A stretch of DNA of 64,000 bases from a bacterium (GCA_963675295.2 CAXXKJ010000002.1:128001-192000); one strand, 5' to 3'. Counted from the first letter of the stretch, positions 1 to 10,765 are shown. Numbers and translations: made by a program. Notes: generated from the letters alone by a model not told the origin.

Positions 1-2
1 CC

Positions 3-584
3 GGCTTTCGCCAGGGCATCAAACAGGGGGGCAAGATCCCAATGCTCAGAGGTGGGATTGTCGGTATCCTGGCTAACAGTATCAGAATCAGTCGTTTCGC
101 CGGAACGATCCGGCGGCGTCTCGCTGTCTTTCGTTGAGTGCGACGAGTCCGGCTCCACCGGCGCCGACATTGGCGGATCGGGAGCCGTTGTGCTGTCACT
201 TCCTTCGCCGGGACGGAGCACGAGGAACGGTCCCTTCCCGCTCACAGTCTCCCCGTCTCGCACGAAGACCACGTCCAGCAACCGTTCCGGCTTGCGTTTC
301 TTCCACGCAAACTCGTGCGCGGAGCTGCGGGAGCCGTGCACCAGGCAGGCGACACCGTGCCGGGTCAACGCGTCCGCCGTCATCGCGATCGCCAACGTCA
401 ACCCCTGGCCGGAGATTTTGCCACGGTAGGTCGCCCGGGCCAGCGCAGCGGCGTCGATTGGCTCCACCGGCACGCCACGTCGGCTCAGTTCCAGCGCAAT
501 CTGCGGCACGATCGCGGAGTAGTCGAGTGCCTTCCCCGCCGTGCGCAACCACAGGGTGAAACCGGATGCGGTCGCGGCACTCAT
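3..584 (-). CDS. Hypothetical protein with a degenerate adenylyl-sulfate-kinase (CysC)-like N-terminus; runs off the window edge
   Basis: Not in the ORF track. ATG at 584 overlaps the upstream TGA (TGATG). Manual translation MSAATASGFTLWLRTAGKALDYSAIVPQIALELSRRGVPVEPID... stays open to the window start. It resembles the CysC pattern GFTLW...EL..RG..VE.LD but has no P-loop. Confidence 0.6.
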   Translation of the reverse strand, partial: MSAATASGFTLWLRTAGKALDYSAIVPQIALELSRRGVPVEPIDAAALARATYRGKISGQGLTLAIAMTADALTRHGVACLVHGSRSSAHEFAWKKRKPERLLDVVFVRDGETVSGKGPFLVLRPGEGSDSTTAPDPPMSAPVEPDSSHSTKDSETPPDRSGETTDSDTVSQDTDNPTSEHWDLAPLFDALAKA

Positions 585-1549
585 CAGACGAGACTCTCGC
601 CGCCGAGAACCTGCCGTCCGGACTCATCATACTTGAAGAAACCCTGGCCGGTTTTCACGCCGAGGTGGCCGGCACGGACCAGCTTGCGCAGCAACGGGCA
701 CGGGCGGTATTTCTGCTCGCCGGTTTCCCGGAACATCGCTTCCAGCCACGAATGGACTTCGTCCAGCCCCATCTGGTCGGCGAGGTGCAGCGGACCCTGC
801 ACGAAGTTGTAGCCGAGACGGATCGCGGTATCAATGCCTTCCGCGCTGGCGACGCCTTCCATCAAGGTGTGCATCGCCTCGTTCAGCATCGGCAGAATCA
901 CGCGAGTGGTGACATATCCCGGCGACTCGTAGACTTCGACCACGGTCTTACCGATACTCTCGGCGAAGCTCTTCGTGAATCGGAAGGTGGCGTCGCTGGT
1001 CTGCAGGCCGCGCACAATTTCCACCATGTGACGTTTCTGTACCGGGTGGAGGAAGTGCATGCCGATGAACTTTTCCGGGCGGATGGTTAATTCTGCCAGT
1101 TCCGTCACCGACAGCACGGAAGTGTTGGTCACAAACACGGCGTCCCGGCTGGCCATCGTGTCCAGCTGCTTGAACAGACTGGTTTTCGGCTCGATCTGAT
1201 CGGGGACCGCTTCGATGATCAGGCGGTAGCCTTCCAGCTCATCGAGGTTGGACGTTCCCTTGATCCGGCTCAGCACCGCGCGTTTATCTGATTCGGTCAT
1301 CCCCCAGCGCGCGATTTCCCGGTCGAGGTTGATGGCAAGTTGTTTCAGAGACGCGTCCAGGCTGACATCGTCCTTTTCCAGCAACAGGACTTCGAGCCCT
1401 TTCGCCGAGACCGCCTGCGCGATGCCGAGGCCCATGGTGCCGGCGCCAATGACGGCGATCCGGGTCAGTTGTTCTTCGTTTTCGCCTTCGGCCGGTTCCA
1501 ACGCGCCCTTGCTGCGTTCGAGAATGGATTGCAGTGTTTCGTCTGCCAT
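584..1549 (-). CDS. hbd: 3-hydroxybutyryl-CoA / 3-hydroxyacyl-CoA dehydrogenase
   Basis: VIGAGTMGLGIA Rossmann motif, IEAVP, TNTSVLS, GMHFLHP, PGYVTTR, GPLHLADQMGLD, GHLGVKTGQGFFKY. Start set at MADETL (1549); the ORF-track extension runs through repeats. Confidence 0.92.
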   Translation of the reverse strand: MADETLQSILERSKGALEPAEGENEEQLTRIAVIGAGTMGLGIAQAVSAKGLEVLLLEKDDVSLDASLKQLAINLDREIARWGMTESDKRAVLSRIKGTSNLDELEGYRLIIEAVPDQIEPKTSLFKQLDTMASRDAVFVTNTSVLSVTELAELTIRPEKFIGMHFLHPVQKRHMVEIVRGLQTSDATFRFTKSFAESIGKTVVEVYESPGYVTTRVILPMLNEAMHTLMEGVASAEGIDTAIRLGYNFVQGPLHLADQMGLDEVHSWLEAMFRETGEQKYRPCPLLRKLVRAGHLGVKTGQGFFKYDESGRQVLGGESLV

Positions 1550-1895
1550 GGTACTTCCTGTGTTGCTGCGCACGGTTGGTGCGCCGGGATTCACCCTGAC
1601 TGAGTGTCGTTTCGCATCCGCATCGGAGCGGATGCCTCGGTTCCGCCAAAAGTAACGAAGCCGGTGGCTTCGTCGCGTGGATACCGGAATCACGTTCGCC
1701 GCCGGGGGATGGGGCAATGGCGCGATCCGTTTTTTCCAGTCAACCCTTTGTGAAAGACAGAACACAGGGAAGGTACGACGCGCAGGCTTCGCTGAACACC
1801 TCCGGGCTCCGGGGTGCTGATCAATTCTGGACGAGAAATGCCACGGACTCAATCGGCCGTGGCATTGAATCGTACTCACGTATAAATATGCGACA

Positions 1896-2021
1896 TGCCC
1901 CAGACATAAATGTCTGGGATCATCGCAAGGCTCTTGTACGGGATCATGCCCCAGACATTGATGTCTGGGGTCATCGCAAGTTTCCAGTCCCGGGTCAACC
2001 CAGACATAAATGTCTGGGGCA
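1896..2021. repeat. Cluster of three REP-like palindromes (family A, TGCCCCAGACATWNATGTCTGGG)
   Basis: Copies at 1896-1918 and 1947-1970, plus an inverted copy at 1999-2021. Further copies at 3401-3423, 41185-41207, 61685-61706 and 61808-61830. Confidence 0.9.
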
Positions 2022-2082
2022 CATCTCAACCGTTGACCGGAGTCCGCAGGCCATTGCCCGCGATCCCAGCCCCGAGCCTGAC

Positions 2083-2505
2083 TTACTTCTGTTCGATCAG
2101 TTCCATCTCGCTGAAGTACTTGCTGATCTCGAGGATACCGTTCTCGACGGAGTCGCTGCCGTGGACGGTATTTTCGCCCTTGCTGCGCGCGTACAGTTTG
2201 CGGATCGTGCCCTCGTCCGCCTCGGCCGGATCGGTCGCGCCGATGACGGTCCGCCAGTGGTTGATGGCGTTGTCACGCTCGAGTGCGATCAGCACCACCG
2301 GGCCGCTGGACATGAACTCGCACAGTTCGCCGAAGAACGGGCGTTCCTTGTGGACAGCATAGAAATCTTCCGCGACGGCCTTGCTCAGGCGCGCGCGTTT
2401 CATGCCGAGGATGGTGAAGCCTTCCTGCTCGATGCGGTCGATCACCTTGCCGACGACCTTGCTCTGCACGCCGTCCGGCTTGATGATGCACAGTGTACGT
2501 TCCAT
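2083..2505 (-). CDS. ndk: Nucleoside-diphosphate kinase
   Basis: [41 protein letters not shown] (catalytic His); 140 aa. Confidence 0.98.
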   Translation of the reverse strand: MERTLCIIKPDGVQSKVVGKVIDRIEQEGFTILGMKRARLSKAVAEDFYAVHKERPFFGELCEFMSSGPVVLIALERDNAINHWRTVIGATDPAEADEGTIRKLYARSKGENTVHGSDSVENGILEISKYFSEMELIEQK

Positions 2506-2684
2506 GAATCCTGTTCCTGTTCGTATGGTTGTATCGTTAACGGTAAATCGCGTAACGTTCGTCCTGAAACGGACTTACCTCCGCCGAAATCTAGTTCTGC
2601 GACGGAGATGGCAAAAACGGGGACCGGAGTCCGGCCCCCGCGGATCTTACTTTTCACACTGTTGGCAGCTACGGCAAACCTGGT

Positions 2685-3206
2685 TTACTTCATCAGGTCC
2701 TTGACATCCTTCGCCGTCGCCTGCGTCGCGAACCGGACCGCGGACTGCACGTCCACCGTCGCGCCCTGCGACACCGACCAGTCGGTCGACTTGGCGCTGC
2801 CCTCTTCCCACAGGAAGCCGTCCGCCGCACGGATCAACTGGTAGCTGATGCGGGCATCGGTGCTCTGCGAAATGTCGCTCGCGCCTTGCTGGAAGGTGAC
2901 CGTCGCATTCAGCTTGACCAGCTTCGTCTCATCCATCGCGGTCGTCTGCAGTTCCCGCTGGCTGATGAATTTGACACCCTGATCGCGGAACGCCATCTCG
3001 AAATCGTTGACGATCATTTCCTTCAGGTCGGCCGTGCTCACCTGCGCAACACCCTGGGTGTAGGCCACGATATCCCCGACCACGACATGCGTCGGCATGT
3101 AGCCTTCTTCGGTGCGTTGCATCTTGCTGCCGGCGGCGCAGCCACCGATCACAAGCATCACGGCCAGCAGAACGACCAACGGGAAAACCGTCTTCGCCTG
3201 TTTCAT
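2685..3206 (-). CDS. Hypothetical lipoprotein
   Basis: Signal peptide with lipobox IGGC; GGAGG upstream; 173 aa. Confidence 0.75.
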   Translation of the reverse strand: MKQAKTVFPLVVLLAVMLVIGGCAAGSKMQRTEEGYMPTHVVVGDIVAYTQGVAQVSTADLKEMIVNDFEMAFRDQGVKFISQRELQTTAMDETKLVKLNATVTFQQGASDISQSTDARISYQLIRAADGFLWEEGSAKSTDWSVSQGATVDVQSAVRFATQATAKDVKDLMK

Positions 3207-3574
3207 CCTCGTCCCCCTCCATGTTGGTGGTTTGGGCGAAATTAGGCCGTGCGGGTGTTTGGATCAAGCCGCTCTCCGGTTCAAGGCCGCGAGGCCGTGA
3301 CCCCAGATAGCCTCAACCACGGATGGATTGAACCACGGAATACACGGACGACACGGAAACTAAGGAAGCCGATGCCCCAACTTTAGGGTGATGATCCAGA
3401 TGCCCACGACATTCATGTCGTGGCTGAAGGATATGGCTGATCGACGTCTTGCGATTTGACAACAAGGACGATCCGGGTGGCGCATCCGGGGTTGACGGCG
3501 TACCTTACTGTGACTGAACTGAGAGCGACAAATCGAACCGTACTAATTCAACCCACTCCGCCTGGAGAGACGCA

Positions 3575-5359
3575 ATGAAATCCAATCTGCCGCTGCTCGT
3601 CTGCTGTCTCGTCCTGCTGCTGACCGCCTCGCCCGCATTCGCCACCACCCATCATGTTCCGGCGGATTTCACCACCATCCAGTCCGGTCTGGATGCGTCC
3701 GCGCAAGGTGACACCGTCCTCGTGCAACCCGGCACCTACGTCGAGAACATCGTCTGGCCGCAAATCAACGGCATCAAGCTGATTGCAGCGGGTAATTTTG
3801 CGAACACGATCATCCGCGCGAATACCAACGCACGTGCCATCGCAATCAGCAGCAACGGGTTGATCGATACGGAAACACAAATCTGCGGCTTCACCATCAA
3901 AGAGGGTTCGAACGTCAGTCACGGCGCGGGGATCTACTGCGATGGATCCAGCCCCACGATTGTGTCATGCAAGATCACGGAGAATTCAACGGGATATACC
4001 GCTTACAGCAGCGGGGCTGGGCTTTACTGTGGATCTGACACTCATCACCTGATTCTGGATTGCGTGTTCCAGAACAACCAGGCGGGCGAGTCGGGCATGC
4101 ACGGAATGGGCGGAGGGATCTACTGTGCCTCCTCCTCAAATCCAACGATTGTCAACTGTTCATTTTACGGCAACAGCGCGGATGATGGTGGGGCGGTCTT
4201 TTACGGAGGCGAATCCAACCCGGAACTGCAGGATTGCAATTTCCAGGGAAACTTTGCTGAAAACGGTGGCGCAATTTACACGGTGAACCAATTTGGCACC
4301 GAAATCGTCGGCTGCACATTCGTGGCAAATCACGCAGGCGACGGCGGAGCGATCTACTGTTTTCAGTTTGGCCCTGCGATCATCAACTGCCAGTTTTCGT
4401 GGAACCATGCCGATCATGGTGGTGCCTTGTGTTTATTTGGATCTACGGAAGGAATTACGGACTGTACCTTCACCAACAACACCGCACAGCATCTTGGCGG
4501 CGGTATCGACATTTACGGTCCAGCAACAATCCGCAGGTGTGTCATCGCGGAGAATCAAGGTTCGCATGGCGGCGGAATCGCGCTACACGCTTCCGATACA
4601 CATATCGATTTCTGTACCATCCGCTACAACGAAGCCACGGGGGATAACGGTCTCGGTGCCGGGATCTATTTCTGGAACGATTCTCAGCATGGTTCTCGTC
4701 CGATACTCAGCAACAGCATCGTGTCAAATAACGACGGCGAAGGCGTTTATAGCAACGACAGCAGCACCTCGTTCGATCCGATGATCCGGTACTGCGATTT
4801 CCACGACAATGGTGACTTCGACTTTGCCGGATCAGGAATTGACTCAACCTGGGGTTTGTTGACCGGTGTCAACGCGAACGGCGATTCCTGCGACGTCTAC
4901 AACAACATCTTTCTCGATCCGCTGTACGTTGATCCGGATAACTACGATTTTCACCTGCAATCCGGTTCCCCCTGCATTGACGCCGGCGATCCTGACAGCC
5001 CGCTCGACCCGGACGATACCATCGCCGATATCGGCGCGTTCTACTTTGATCACAACGTCGGCGTGCTGGAGCATGAATCCACCACCCAACCAACGAAATG
5101 GGCCTTGCTCCCCGCCTATCCCAACCCGTTCAACGCGTCAACCACCATCCGTGTCACGCTGGCGCAACCATCCTCCCTCGATGTGCGTGTGATCAACACG
5201 GCTGGCCAGATTGTAGCCGATCTTGCGCACGGCCGCTACGCTTCCGGCGTGCACGAGTTCAGCTTCGACGCGTCCGCTCTTGCCAGCGGGATGTACTTTG
5301 TCCACGCCCGCGTGCCGGGCCGATTGAACACGACACGCAAGATGCTGCTGCTGCGTTGA
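3575..5359 (+). CDS. Secreted right-handed beta-helix (pectin-lyase-like, GGAIY repeats) protein with T9SS C-terminal domain
   Basis: Signal peptide, GDTVLVQPGTY, GGAIY/F..N repeats, DFHLQSGSPCIDAG, PNPFN...YFV...RKMLLLR. Confidence 0.88.
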   Translation: MKSNLPLLVCCLVLLLTASPAFATTHHVPADFTTIQSGLDASAQGDTVLVQPGTYVENIVWPQINGIKLIAAGNFANTIIRANTNARAIAISSNGLIDTETQICGFTIKEGSNVSHGAGIYCDGSSPTIVSCKITENSTGYTAYSSGAGLYCGSDTHHLILDCVFQNNQAGESGMHGMGGGIYCASSSNPTIVNCSFYGNSADDGGAVFYGGESNPELQDCNFQGNFAENGGAIYTVNQFGTEIVGCTFVANHAGDGGAIYCFQFGPAIINCQFSWNHADHGGALCLFGSTEGITDCTFTNNTAQHLGGGIDIYGPATIRRCVIAENQGSHGGGIALHASDTHIDFCTIRYNEATGDNGLGAGIYFWNDSQHGSRPILSNSIVSNNDGEGVYSNDSSTSFDPMIRYCDFHDNGDFDFAGSGIDSTWGLLTGVNANGDSCDVYNNIFLDPLYVDPDNYDFHLQSGSPCIDAGDPDSPLDPDDTIADIGAFYFDHNVGVLEHESTTQPTKWALLPAYPNPFNASTTIRVTLAQPSSLDVRVINTAGQIVADLAHGRYASGVHEFSFDASALASGMYFVHARVPGRLNTTRKMLLLR

Positions 5360-5486
5360 GCCGACCGGTCAACGTCGCGCCGAATGGCGGGAACTGTTGC
5401 CCACACAACGGCCACATCGTTTTAACTATCAGCAAACATGGACCGCTATCTTCCGTGTCTGTTTTGCAACTTTTTGCGGACTTTGC

Positions 5487-6293
5487 ATGAATGATGACAC
5501 CTTGACCTGGCTGTTCGCGTGGTTTGACGAGTACAGCGAACCCTACCGCCGCAGCGGCAACTCCACCCTCGCGAAGACCAGTGAGCTGAAGTATGAGCAC
5601 ACGTTGCATGTGGTCGACGAGATGGACCGTCTCACCTCCGCGCTCGGACTCGAGGACAACGAACGCCGGCTCGCACGGGTGATCGCCCTGTTCCACGATG
5701 TCGGCCGTTTCGAGCAGTTCAAGCGGTACAACACGCTGCTCGACCGCGTATCGGTGGACCATTCGGTGCTCGGGGTCGAGGTGCTGCGTGAGCATGACGT
5801 GCTGCGGAACCTGCCGGAAAATCGTGTCGAGCTGATCGAATCGAGCATCCTCGCGCACAACAAGCTGCGTATCCCGGACGAGTACCTCGGTGACCGGTTG
5901 CGGTTCGCGAAGATGATCCGGGACGCGGACAAGCTGGACATTTTGCGCGTCTTCGTGGACGTTGACAAGAACAACGACGAGGAGATGCTGCAGAAGGCGT
6001 ACATCGAGCTGGACAATTCGGACACGGTCAACGACGCCATCGAAGGCCATTTCGAACGGCGCGAGCTGGTGCTGATCGAGAAGCTGCGCAGCCGTCACGA
6101 CATGCGGCTGATGATGCTGTCGTGGGTGTTTGACCTGAATTTCGCGCACAGCCTGCGCCGTTTCCGTGACCGTGGCGATGCCGATTACCTGATGTTCCAG
6201 CTGCCGGAGGTGCCGATGGTTCGGCGGGTACGGCACATCATCCATGAGGTGCTGACCGATCCCGACCGCGCGTTGGCTGAACGAGCGGCGTGA
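5487..6293 (+). CDS. HD-domain phosphohydrolase
   Basis: KYEHT, ALFHDVGRFEQ, DHSVLG, AHN, IRDADKLDI motifs; start at ATG 5487. Confidence 0.88.
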   Translation: MNDDTLTWLFAWFDEYSEPYRRSGNSTLAKTSELKYEHTLHVVDEMDRLTSALGLEDNERRLARVIALFHDVGRFEQFKRYNTLLDRVSVDHSVLGVEVLREHDVLRNLPENRVELIESSILAHNKLRIPDEYLGDRLRFAKMIRDADKLDILRVFVDVDKNNDEEMLQKAYIELDNSDTVNDAIEGHFERRELVLIEKLRSRHDMRLMMLSWVFDLNFAHSLRRFRDRGDADYLMFQLPEVPMVRRVRHIIHEVLTDPDRALAERAA

Positions 6294-6295
6294 AG

Positions 6296-6369
6296 ATCGG
6301 TAATCGGTAATCGGTAATCGGTAATCGGTAATCGGTAATCGGTAATCGGTAATCGGTAATCGGTAATCG
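6296..6369. repeat. Perfect heptamer tandem repeat (ATCGGTA)x10
   Basis: Ten exact units at 6296-6365 plus a partial ATCG, immediately after the HD gene stop codon. Confidence 0.97.
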
Positions 6370-6383
6370 AAAAATAAAAACAG

Positions 6384-6408
6384 GCCCGTGTTTGCTTGCA
6401 AGCGCGGG
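6384..6408. repeat. REP-like palindrome, family C (GTGCCCGTGTNNGCTTGCNNACGCGG)
   Basis: Related copies at 23309-23334 (rc), 44427-44452, 46424-46449, 57894-57919, 59638-59663 and 61755-61780 (rc). Confidence 0.85.
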
Positions 6409-6594
6409 TTTGTCACATGTGGCGATGTTGCTCTTTTTTACTGGAAATCGGGGACACTTACTCCGTTAAGTGTCCCCGTTGCTCTCTTCTATTTCGTACT
6501 TCTACCTACTCCGTACTTCTTTCTGATTCCGCACTTCTTTTATGTCTTTTCCTGTCTTTTACTTCTTTTGCTTCTCCTGCGTCCGTTGCGTCTC

Positions 6595-8370
6595 TTACTT
6601 GACAAGAACCAGCTTCCGCATCGCCTTTTCCGGTCCGGCCTTCACCTGCAGAAAGTACACCCCGCTGGCGAGATCGGCTGGCGCCACGGTTAACGTGTGC
6701 GTCCCCGCCGAATAGCTGGCATTGGTGATCGCCGCCACCTGACGGCCGGTCGTGTCAAAAACGTGGACGCTCACCCGTTGCGCTTCCGGCAACGTAATGT
6801 CGAACCGCGCGTTGGCGTTGAACGGGTTCGGATACACCGCGCCCACCGCGAATTTCGTCGGCAGCGTAGCGTTGCGCTCGTCTGGCTCGTTTGCGGCGAA
6901 CTGCTGCGTGGTCCAGCCGGAAGGTGTCCACGTTGTCGAACCGTCCGCGCCCGCTGAGCTGATGACGGTGAAGCCGAAACTGTCGCTGATCAGGGGGTTC
7001 TGCAGTGTCTGCCCGATGTTGATCCGCCACTGGTAATTGCCCAGCGGCGCCATCGCGGGAATCGTCTGCGTCAGGTTGGTCGCGAGGATATCAGTCGTCG
7101 GCGTAAACGCGAGGTAGTACTGGTCGATCGGGCCGTAGGTGGACCCGTTCGGCAGGATGGCCTCGCTCCAGACCCAGCCGTTGACGGTCGTTTGCAGGTT
7201 TGAGACGATGTGTACATCATACTCGAACGATCCGCCCTGCGGCACGATCACCGGCGGATTGACCGGATTCACGCTCAACGTAACCGGATTCTGCGAACCG
7301 CCCGGCTGTTCCCACCATGAGATGTAGCCGTTTTCGTTGACCGCGATGATATCGAGGTCGCCGTCGGAGTCCATATCCGCCATCTGCACCGCGCGTCCGG
7401 TGCCGAAGTTGTTGATCAGGCTGTGCTGGGTGAAGGTACCGCCCTGGTTGATCCAGTAGCGCACTCCGAGCCACATGGACACGCCGGCGATGTCATCGTC
7501 CCCGTCGCCATCGAGGTCACCGGTGCACAGCTGCCACGCGTCCGGAAAGTTGCTCGAAATGATCTCGGTTTCGTAGGTCCCGTCCCCGTTCGGCATGAAC
7601 GCCAGGATCTGTCCGCCGTAGGAATCGGCGGCGATGATGTCTTCGTAGCCGTCCTGGTTGAGATCGGCGACATCCACCGCCGCGACGAACTGCTGGTTGT
7701 CGTCCACGACGAACTGCGGCCAGGTTCCGCCGCCAACATTTTCCCACCAGGTCACGTTATCCTCGCCACCGCCGGAACTGGCGGCGACATCGGGGAGGCC
7801 GTCCCCGCTGATATCGCCGATCGCGACACCGTGCGCGCCGGCGTATACCCCGTTAAGCAGGTGTTCCGTCCAGTCGGAGCCTGTATTTTCCCACCACGTC
7901 ACATCTCCGGCGGAGGCCGCCGCGCCCGCGACATCGAGCAGGCCGTCGTTGTTGATATCGGCGACATCGACCGCATACCCGCCGGTGAAGCCCCATTTGA
8001 TCGTGTGCTGCGTGAAACTGGCGTTGTCGTTTTCCCACCAGTTGACGTAGCCGGAATAGGACACGCCGACGATATCCGTGTCGCCGTCCTGATCGAGATC
8101 GACTGCGACCAGTTCCTTGCCATCGAAGCCTGGGGTGATCAGGTGATCCACCCACCCGTCCGGCGTGTTTTCATACCAGCGCAGATCGGTCGGTGAGACG
8201 ATTCCGCTCGATGATCCGGCGGCGTCCATGTCACCGTCGTTGTCAAAATCGCCAGCCGTCACCGCGAAGCCGCCCTCAAGCGTGGTCGTGATGTCGTGAC
8301 GTGTCCATTGCGCCTGCGCCGCCACGGTTACCAGCAGCAGCGCGCCAGCGATGATCCAATGCCTCTTCAC
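6595..8370 (-). CDS. FG-GAP/VCBS-repeat beta-propeller protein with pre-CTD module and T9SS CTD
   Basis: Signal peptide, repeated D.D.DGD.D and WWEN motifs, PNPFN CTD; GTG start with GGAGG RBS. Confidence 0.9.
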   Translation of the reverse strand: MKRHWIIAGALLLVTVAAQAQWTRHDITTTLEGGFAVTAGDFDNDGDMDAAGSSSGIVSPTDLRWYENTPDGWVDHLITPGFDGKELVAVDLDQDGDTDIVGVSYSGYVNWWENDNASFTQHTIKWGFTGGYAVDVADINNDGLLDVAGAAASAGDVTWWENTGSDWTEHLLNGVYAGAHGVAIGDISGDGLPDVAASSGGGEDNVTWWENVGGGTWPQFVVDDNQQFVAAVDVADLNQDGYEDIIAADSYGGQILAFMPNGDGTYETEIISSNFPDAWQLCTGDLDGDGDDDIAGVSMWLGVRYWINQGGTFTQHSLINNFGTGRAVQMADMDSDGDLDIIAVNENGYISWWEQPGGSQNPVTLSVNPVNPPVIVPQGGSFEYDVHIVSNLQTTVNGWVWSEAILPNGSTYGPIDQYYLAFTPTTDILATNLTQTIPAMAPLGNYQWRINIGQTLQNPLISDSFGFTVISSAGADGSTTWTPSGWTTQQFAANEPDERNATLPTKFAVGAVYPNPFNANARFDITLPEAQRVSVHVFDTTGRQVAAITNASYSAGTHTLTVAPADLASGVYFLQVKAGPEKAMRKLVLVK

Positions 8371-8540
8371 AATCCCCTCCCGATGTTCTGTATATGCTTA
8401 TAGATTCGGTGTATGTTTAGAATACCTAACTTTTGATGCGTGAACAAGCGTGCTGTTGTGTTGAAAAGATTGATTGGCTCGGGAGGGGGAGCGGAGTTGG
8501 ACCACATTACACGAATCATCCGTTCGCAGGATTTGCCCAG

Positions 8541-8569
8541 AAAAAAGCCACGGACGTCGCGCCCGTGGC
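8541..8569 (-). terminator. Intrinsic terminator hairpin after the FG-GAP gene at 8651
   Basis: GCCACGGG...TCCGTGGC stem followed by T6 on the minus strand; near-identical copy at 10676-10703. Confidence 0.7.
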
Positions 8570-8650
8570 CTGAAGTGTTTTGTCTGTTGCGTCAGTTACG
8601 TCAGTTACGTCAGTTGCATCTGTTGCGTCTGTGGCGTCGGTGGCTTTCTG

Positions 8651-10423
8651 TTACTTCACGAGAACCATCTTCCGCATCGCCTGTTCGCTGCCGGCGTTCA
8701 CCTGCAGGAAGTACACCCCGCTGGCGGAACTGCCGGGCTGCCATGTCAGCGTATGGTTGCCAGCGCTGTAGACACCGTTCGCCAGCTGCGTGACCAGCCG
8801 TCCGACGCTGTCATACACTCGCACGGTCACCTGCCGGGTTTCAGGCAGGGTGAACGAGACCTGCGTGCGTGCGTTGAAAGGATTCGGCCATGCTTCACCA
8901 ACGGCAAACGAGGACGGCAACGGCACCGTTTCGGACCCGGTATCACCGAGGAAGGTTGCGGCAGTCCAGCCGGACCCGGTCCAGTCGTACGATCCGGCTC
9001 CGTCGGTCGCCGCAGCGGTCACGGTGAAGGTGAACGAATCAGAGAAGATCGGGTTTTGCACGTTTTGACCGAGGTTCACCCGCCACTCGTACAGGCCTTC
9101 CGGCGCGTACGTGGGGATATCCTGGGTGAGGGTTGTGCTGATGTTGGTCGTGGGTGTGATCGGAAGAACCACGTGGTCGATTGGCCCGAACACTTGCCCA
9201 TTCGGCAGCTCAGCTTCGGTCCAGACATGCGCGCTGACCGTCATCTGGATGTGGGAAATGATGGAAACGGTGTAATCGAATGATCCGCCCTGCGGCACGA
9301 TCACCGGCGGACTAACCGGATCAGCGTAGAGCTCAACCAGCGGCGGCTCGCCCGTTCCCGGCTGTTCGAACCAGGAAACGGTTCCCGGAGATTCTGAGAC
9401 GGCCAGAATGTCGTCGTCGCCATCATCATCCATGTCGCCCATGAATACGGAACGGCCATTCCCGAAGTTGTTACTGACAACTGTTTGCGTAAAACTTCCG
9501 CCTTCATATTCCCAGTAGATGATCTGGTCATAGCGGGAACAACCCACAATGTCCATATCGTCATCATTGCCGACCGCGCCGATGTCAACGTTCCAGACTC
9601 CATCGAACGGATCTGATAGTATCGTGTTGAACGTGGCGTCCCCGTTATTCATCAGGCAGACCATCAGGTCGCCGGTGTAGACCGCAGCGGCGATATCGAG
9701 ATACCCGTCACCGTCGATATCATCCACAGCAACCGCGGCGACGTAATCCAACCCACCCGCGATTTCGGATTGCGTGAAGTTGCCACCGCCATCATTGTTG
9801 AACCAGACCACGTTGTCGTCACCGCCGGACGAGACAACGATATCGAGGGTGCCGTTGTTGTCCAGGTCACCAAGGTCGACACCGTGTGGGTTCAGTGGCG
9901 AAGTACTGATATCATGCCGGGTGTAGTCGGTACCCGTGTTTTCGAACCAGGACACCTGGCTCGGCGACCACGCGACCGCGACGATATCGAAGTCACTATC
10001 GCCGTCAATATCGCCCGCCGCAATGGCGTATCCGCCGCCGAAATCGGTGGTGATATCGTGCCGGGTAAAGGTGGCGTTATCGTTTTCCCACCACGTGACT
10101 TCCCCGGGTACATAGGACGTACCTGCGATGTCGAGATCGCCGTCCCCGTCGAAATCCTCGACAACAACGTCCTTCCCGCCGAAATTGCCGTCGATGAGGG
10201 AACTTGTCCATGAGCCACCCCCCTGGTTTTCAAACCAGCGGAGATCATCCGTCGTGCCATCTGCGCAGCCGACGATGTCAACGTCGCCATCGTTATCCAT
10301 GTCTCCCGCCGCGATCCCGTACCCACCGCTGAAACCGGTGTAGACATCGTGCTGCACCCATTGTGCCTGCGCAGCCATCGGCAGCAGCAGGAACAGGCAG
10401 AACACAGCCGTGATCCTGACCAT
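8651..10423 (-). CDS. FG-GAP-repeat protein with pre-CTD module and T9SS CTD (paralog of 6595)
   Basis: Signal peptide, DMDNDGDVD-type repeats, PNPFN CTD. Confidence 0.9.
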   Translation of the reverse strand: MVRITAVFCLFLLLPMAAQAQWVQHDVYTGFSGGYGIAAGDMDNDGDVDIVGCADGTTDDLRWFENQGGGSWTSSLIDGNFGGKDVVVEDFDGDGDLDIAGTSYVPGEVTWWENDNATFTRHDITTDFGGGYAIAAGDIDGDSDFDIVAVAWSPSQVSWFENTGTDYTRHDISTSPLNPHGVDLGDLDNNGTLDIVVSSGGDDNVVWFNNDGGGNFTQSEIAGGLDYVAAVAVDDIDGDGYLDIAAAVYTGDLMVCLMNNGDATFNTILSDPFDGVWNVDIGAVGNDDDMDIVGCSRYDQIIYWEYEGGSFTQTVVSNNFGNGRSVFMGDMDDDGDDDILAVSESPGTVSWFEQPGTGEPPLVELYADPVSPPVIVPQGGSFDYTVSIISHIQMTVSAHVWTEAELPNGQVFGPIDHVVLPITPTTNISTTLTQDIPTYAPEGLYEWRVNLGQNVQNPIFSDSFTFTVTAAATDGAGSYDWTGSGWTAATFLGDTGSETVPLPSSFAVGEAWPNPFNARTQVSFTLPETRQVTVRVYDSVGRLVTQLANGVYSAGNHTLTWQPGSSASGVYFLQVNAGSEQAMRKMVLVK

Positions 10424-10675
10424 AACTCCTCCCCTTGCTCGGTTTACGTCCAGCCGGTATTACAGACTGAATCTGCAATGAATCCATACGTCGCTTCCCG
10501 TTCTGCAAGGTGCAGTTGGCTGCGCGTGTGTTCAAGCTCTTGCTGGTAGTTGATCACGTTGAAACCGGCCTCGTGGAGTGACCTTCGCACTCAGCGTCCT
10601 CATCCCGCACGTGGGCAGTAACTCGGCTAGTCAATGGGTAGCCAACGGTCCGTGAACGGGCAATCAATGGCAGAG

Positions 10676-10703
10676 AAAAGGCCACGGACTCGCGCCCGTG
10701 GCC
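10676..10703 (-). terminator. Intrinsic terminator hairpin after the gene at 10766
   Basis: GGCCACGGG...TCCGTGGCC stem plus TTTT on the minus strand. Confidence 0.65.
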
Positions 10704-10765
10704 TGAGATGTTTTATCTGTTACGTCCTTTGCGTCTTTTGCATCCGTTGCGTCTTTTGCTTTCTG

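Noticed and set aside
1896-2021. Possible mini-CRISPR array (three palindromic repeats about 51 bp apart)
   Set aside because: The third copy is inverted, the same repeat occurs singly elsewhere, and there are no cas genes. It fits REP-like elements better.
1550-2029. N-terminal extensions in the ORF track (also for 17884, 43385, 46239, 47302, 57908)
   Set aside because: They run through repeats or spacers; family similarity, RBSs or signal peptides start at downstream ATGs.
5259-6416. 385-aa minus-strand ORF with RLPITDY repeats
   Set aside because: It is the antisense shadow of the HD gene; the repeats are just the translated heptamer array.
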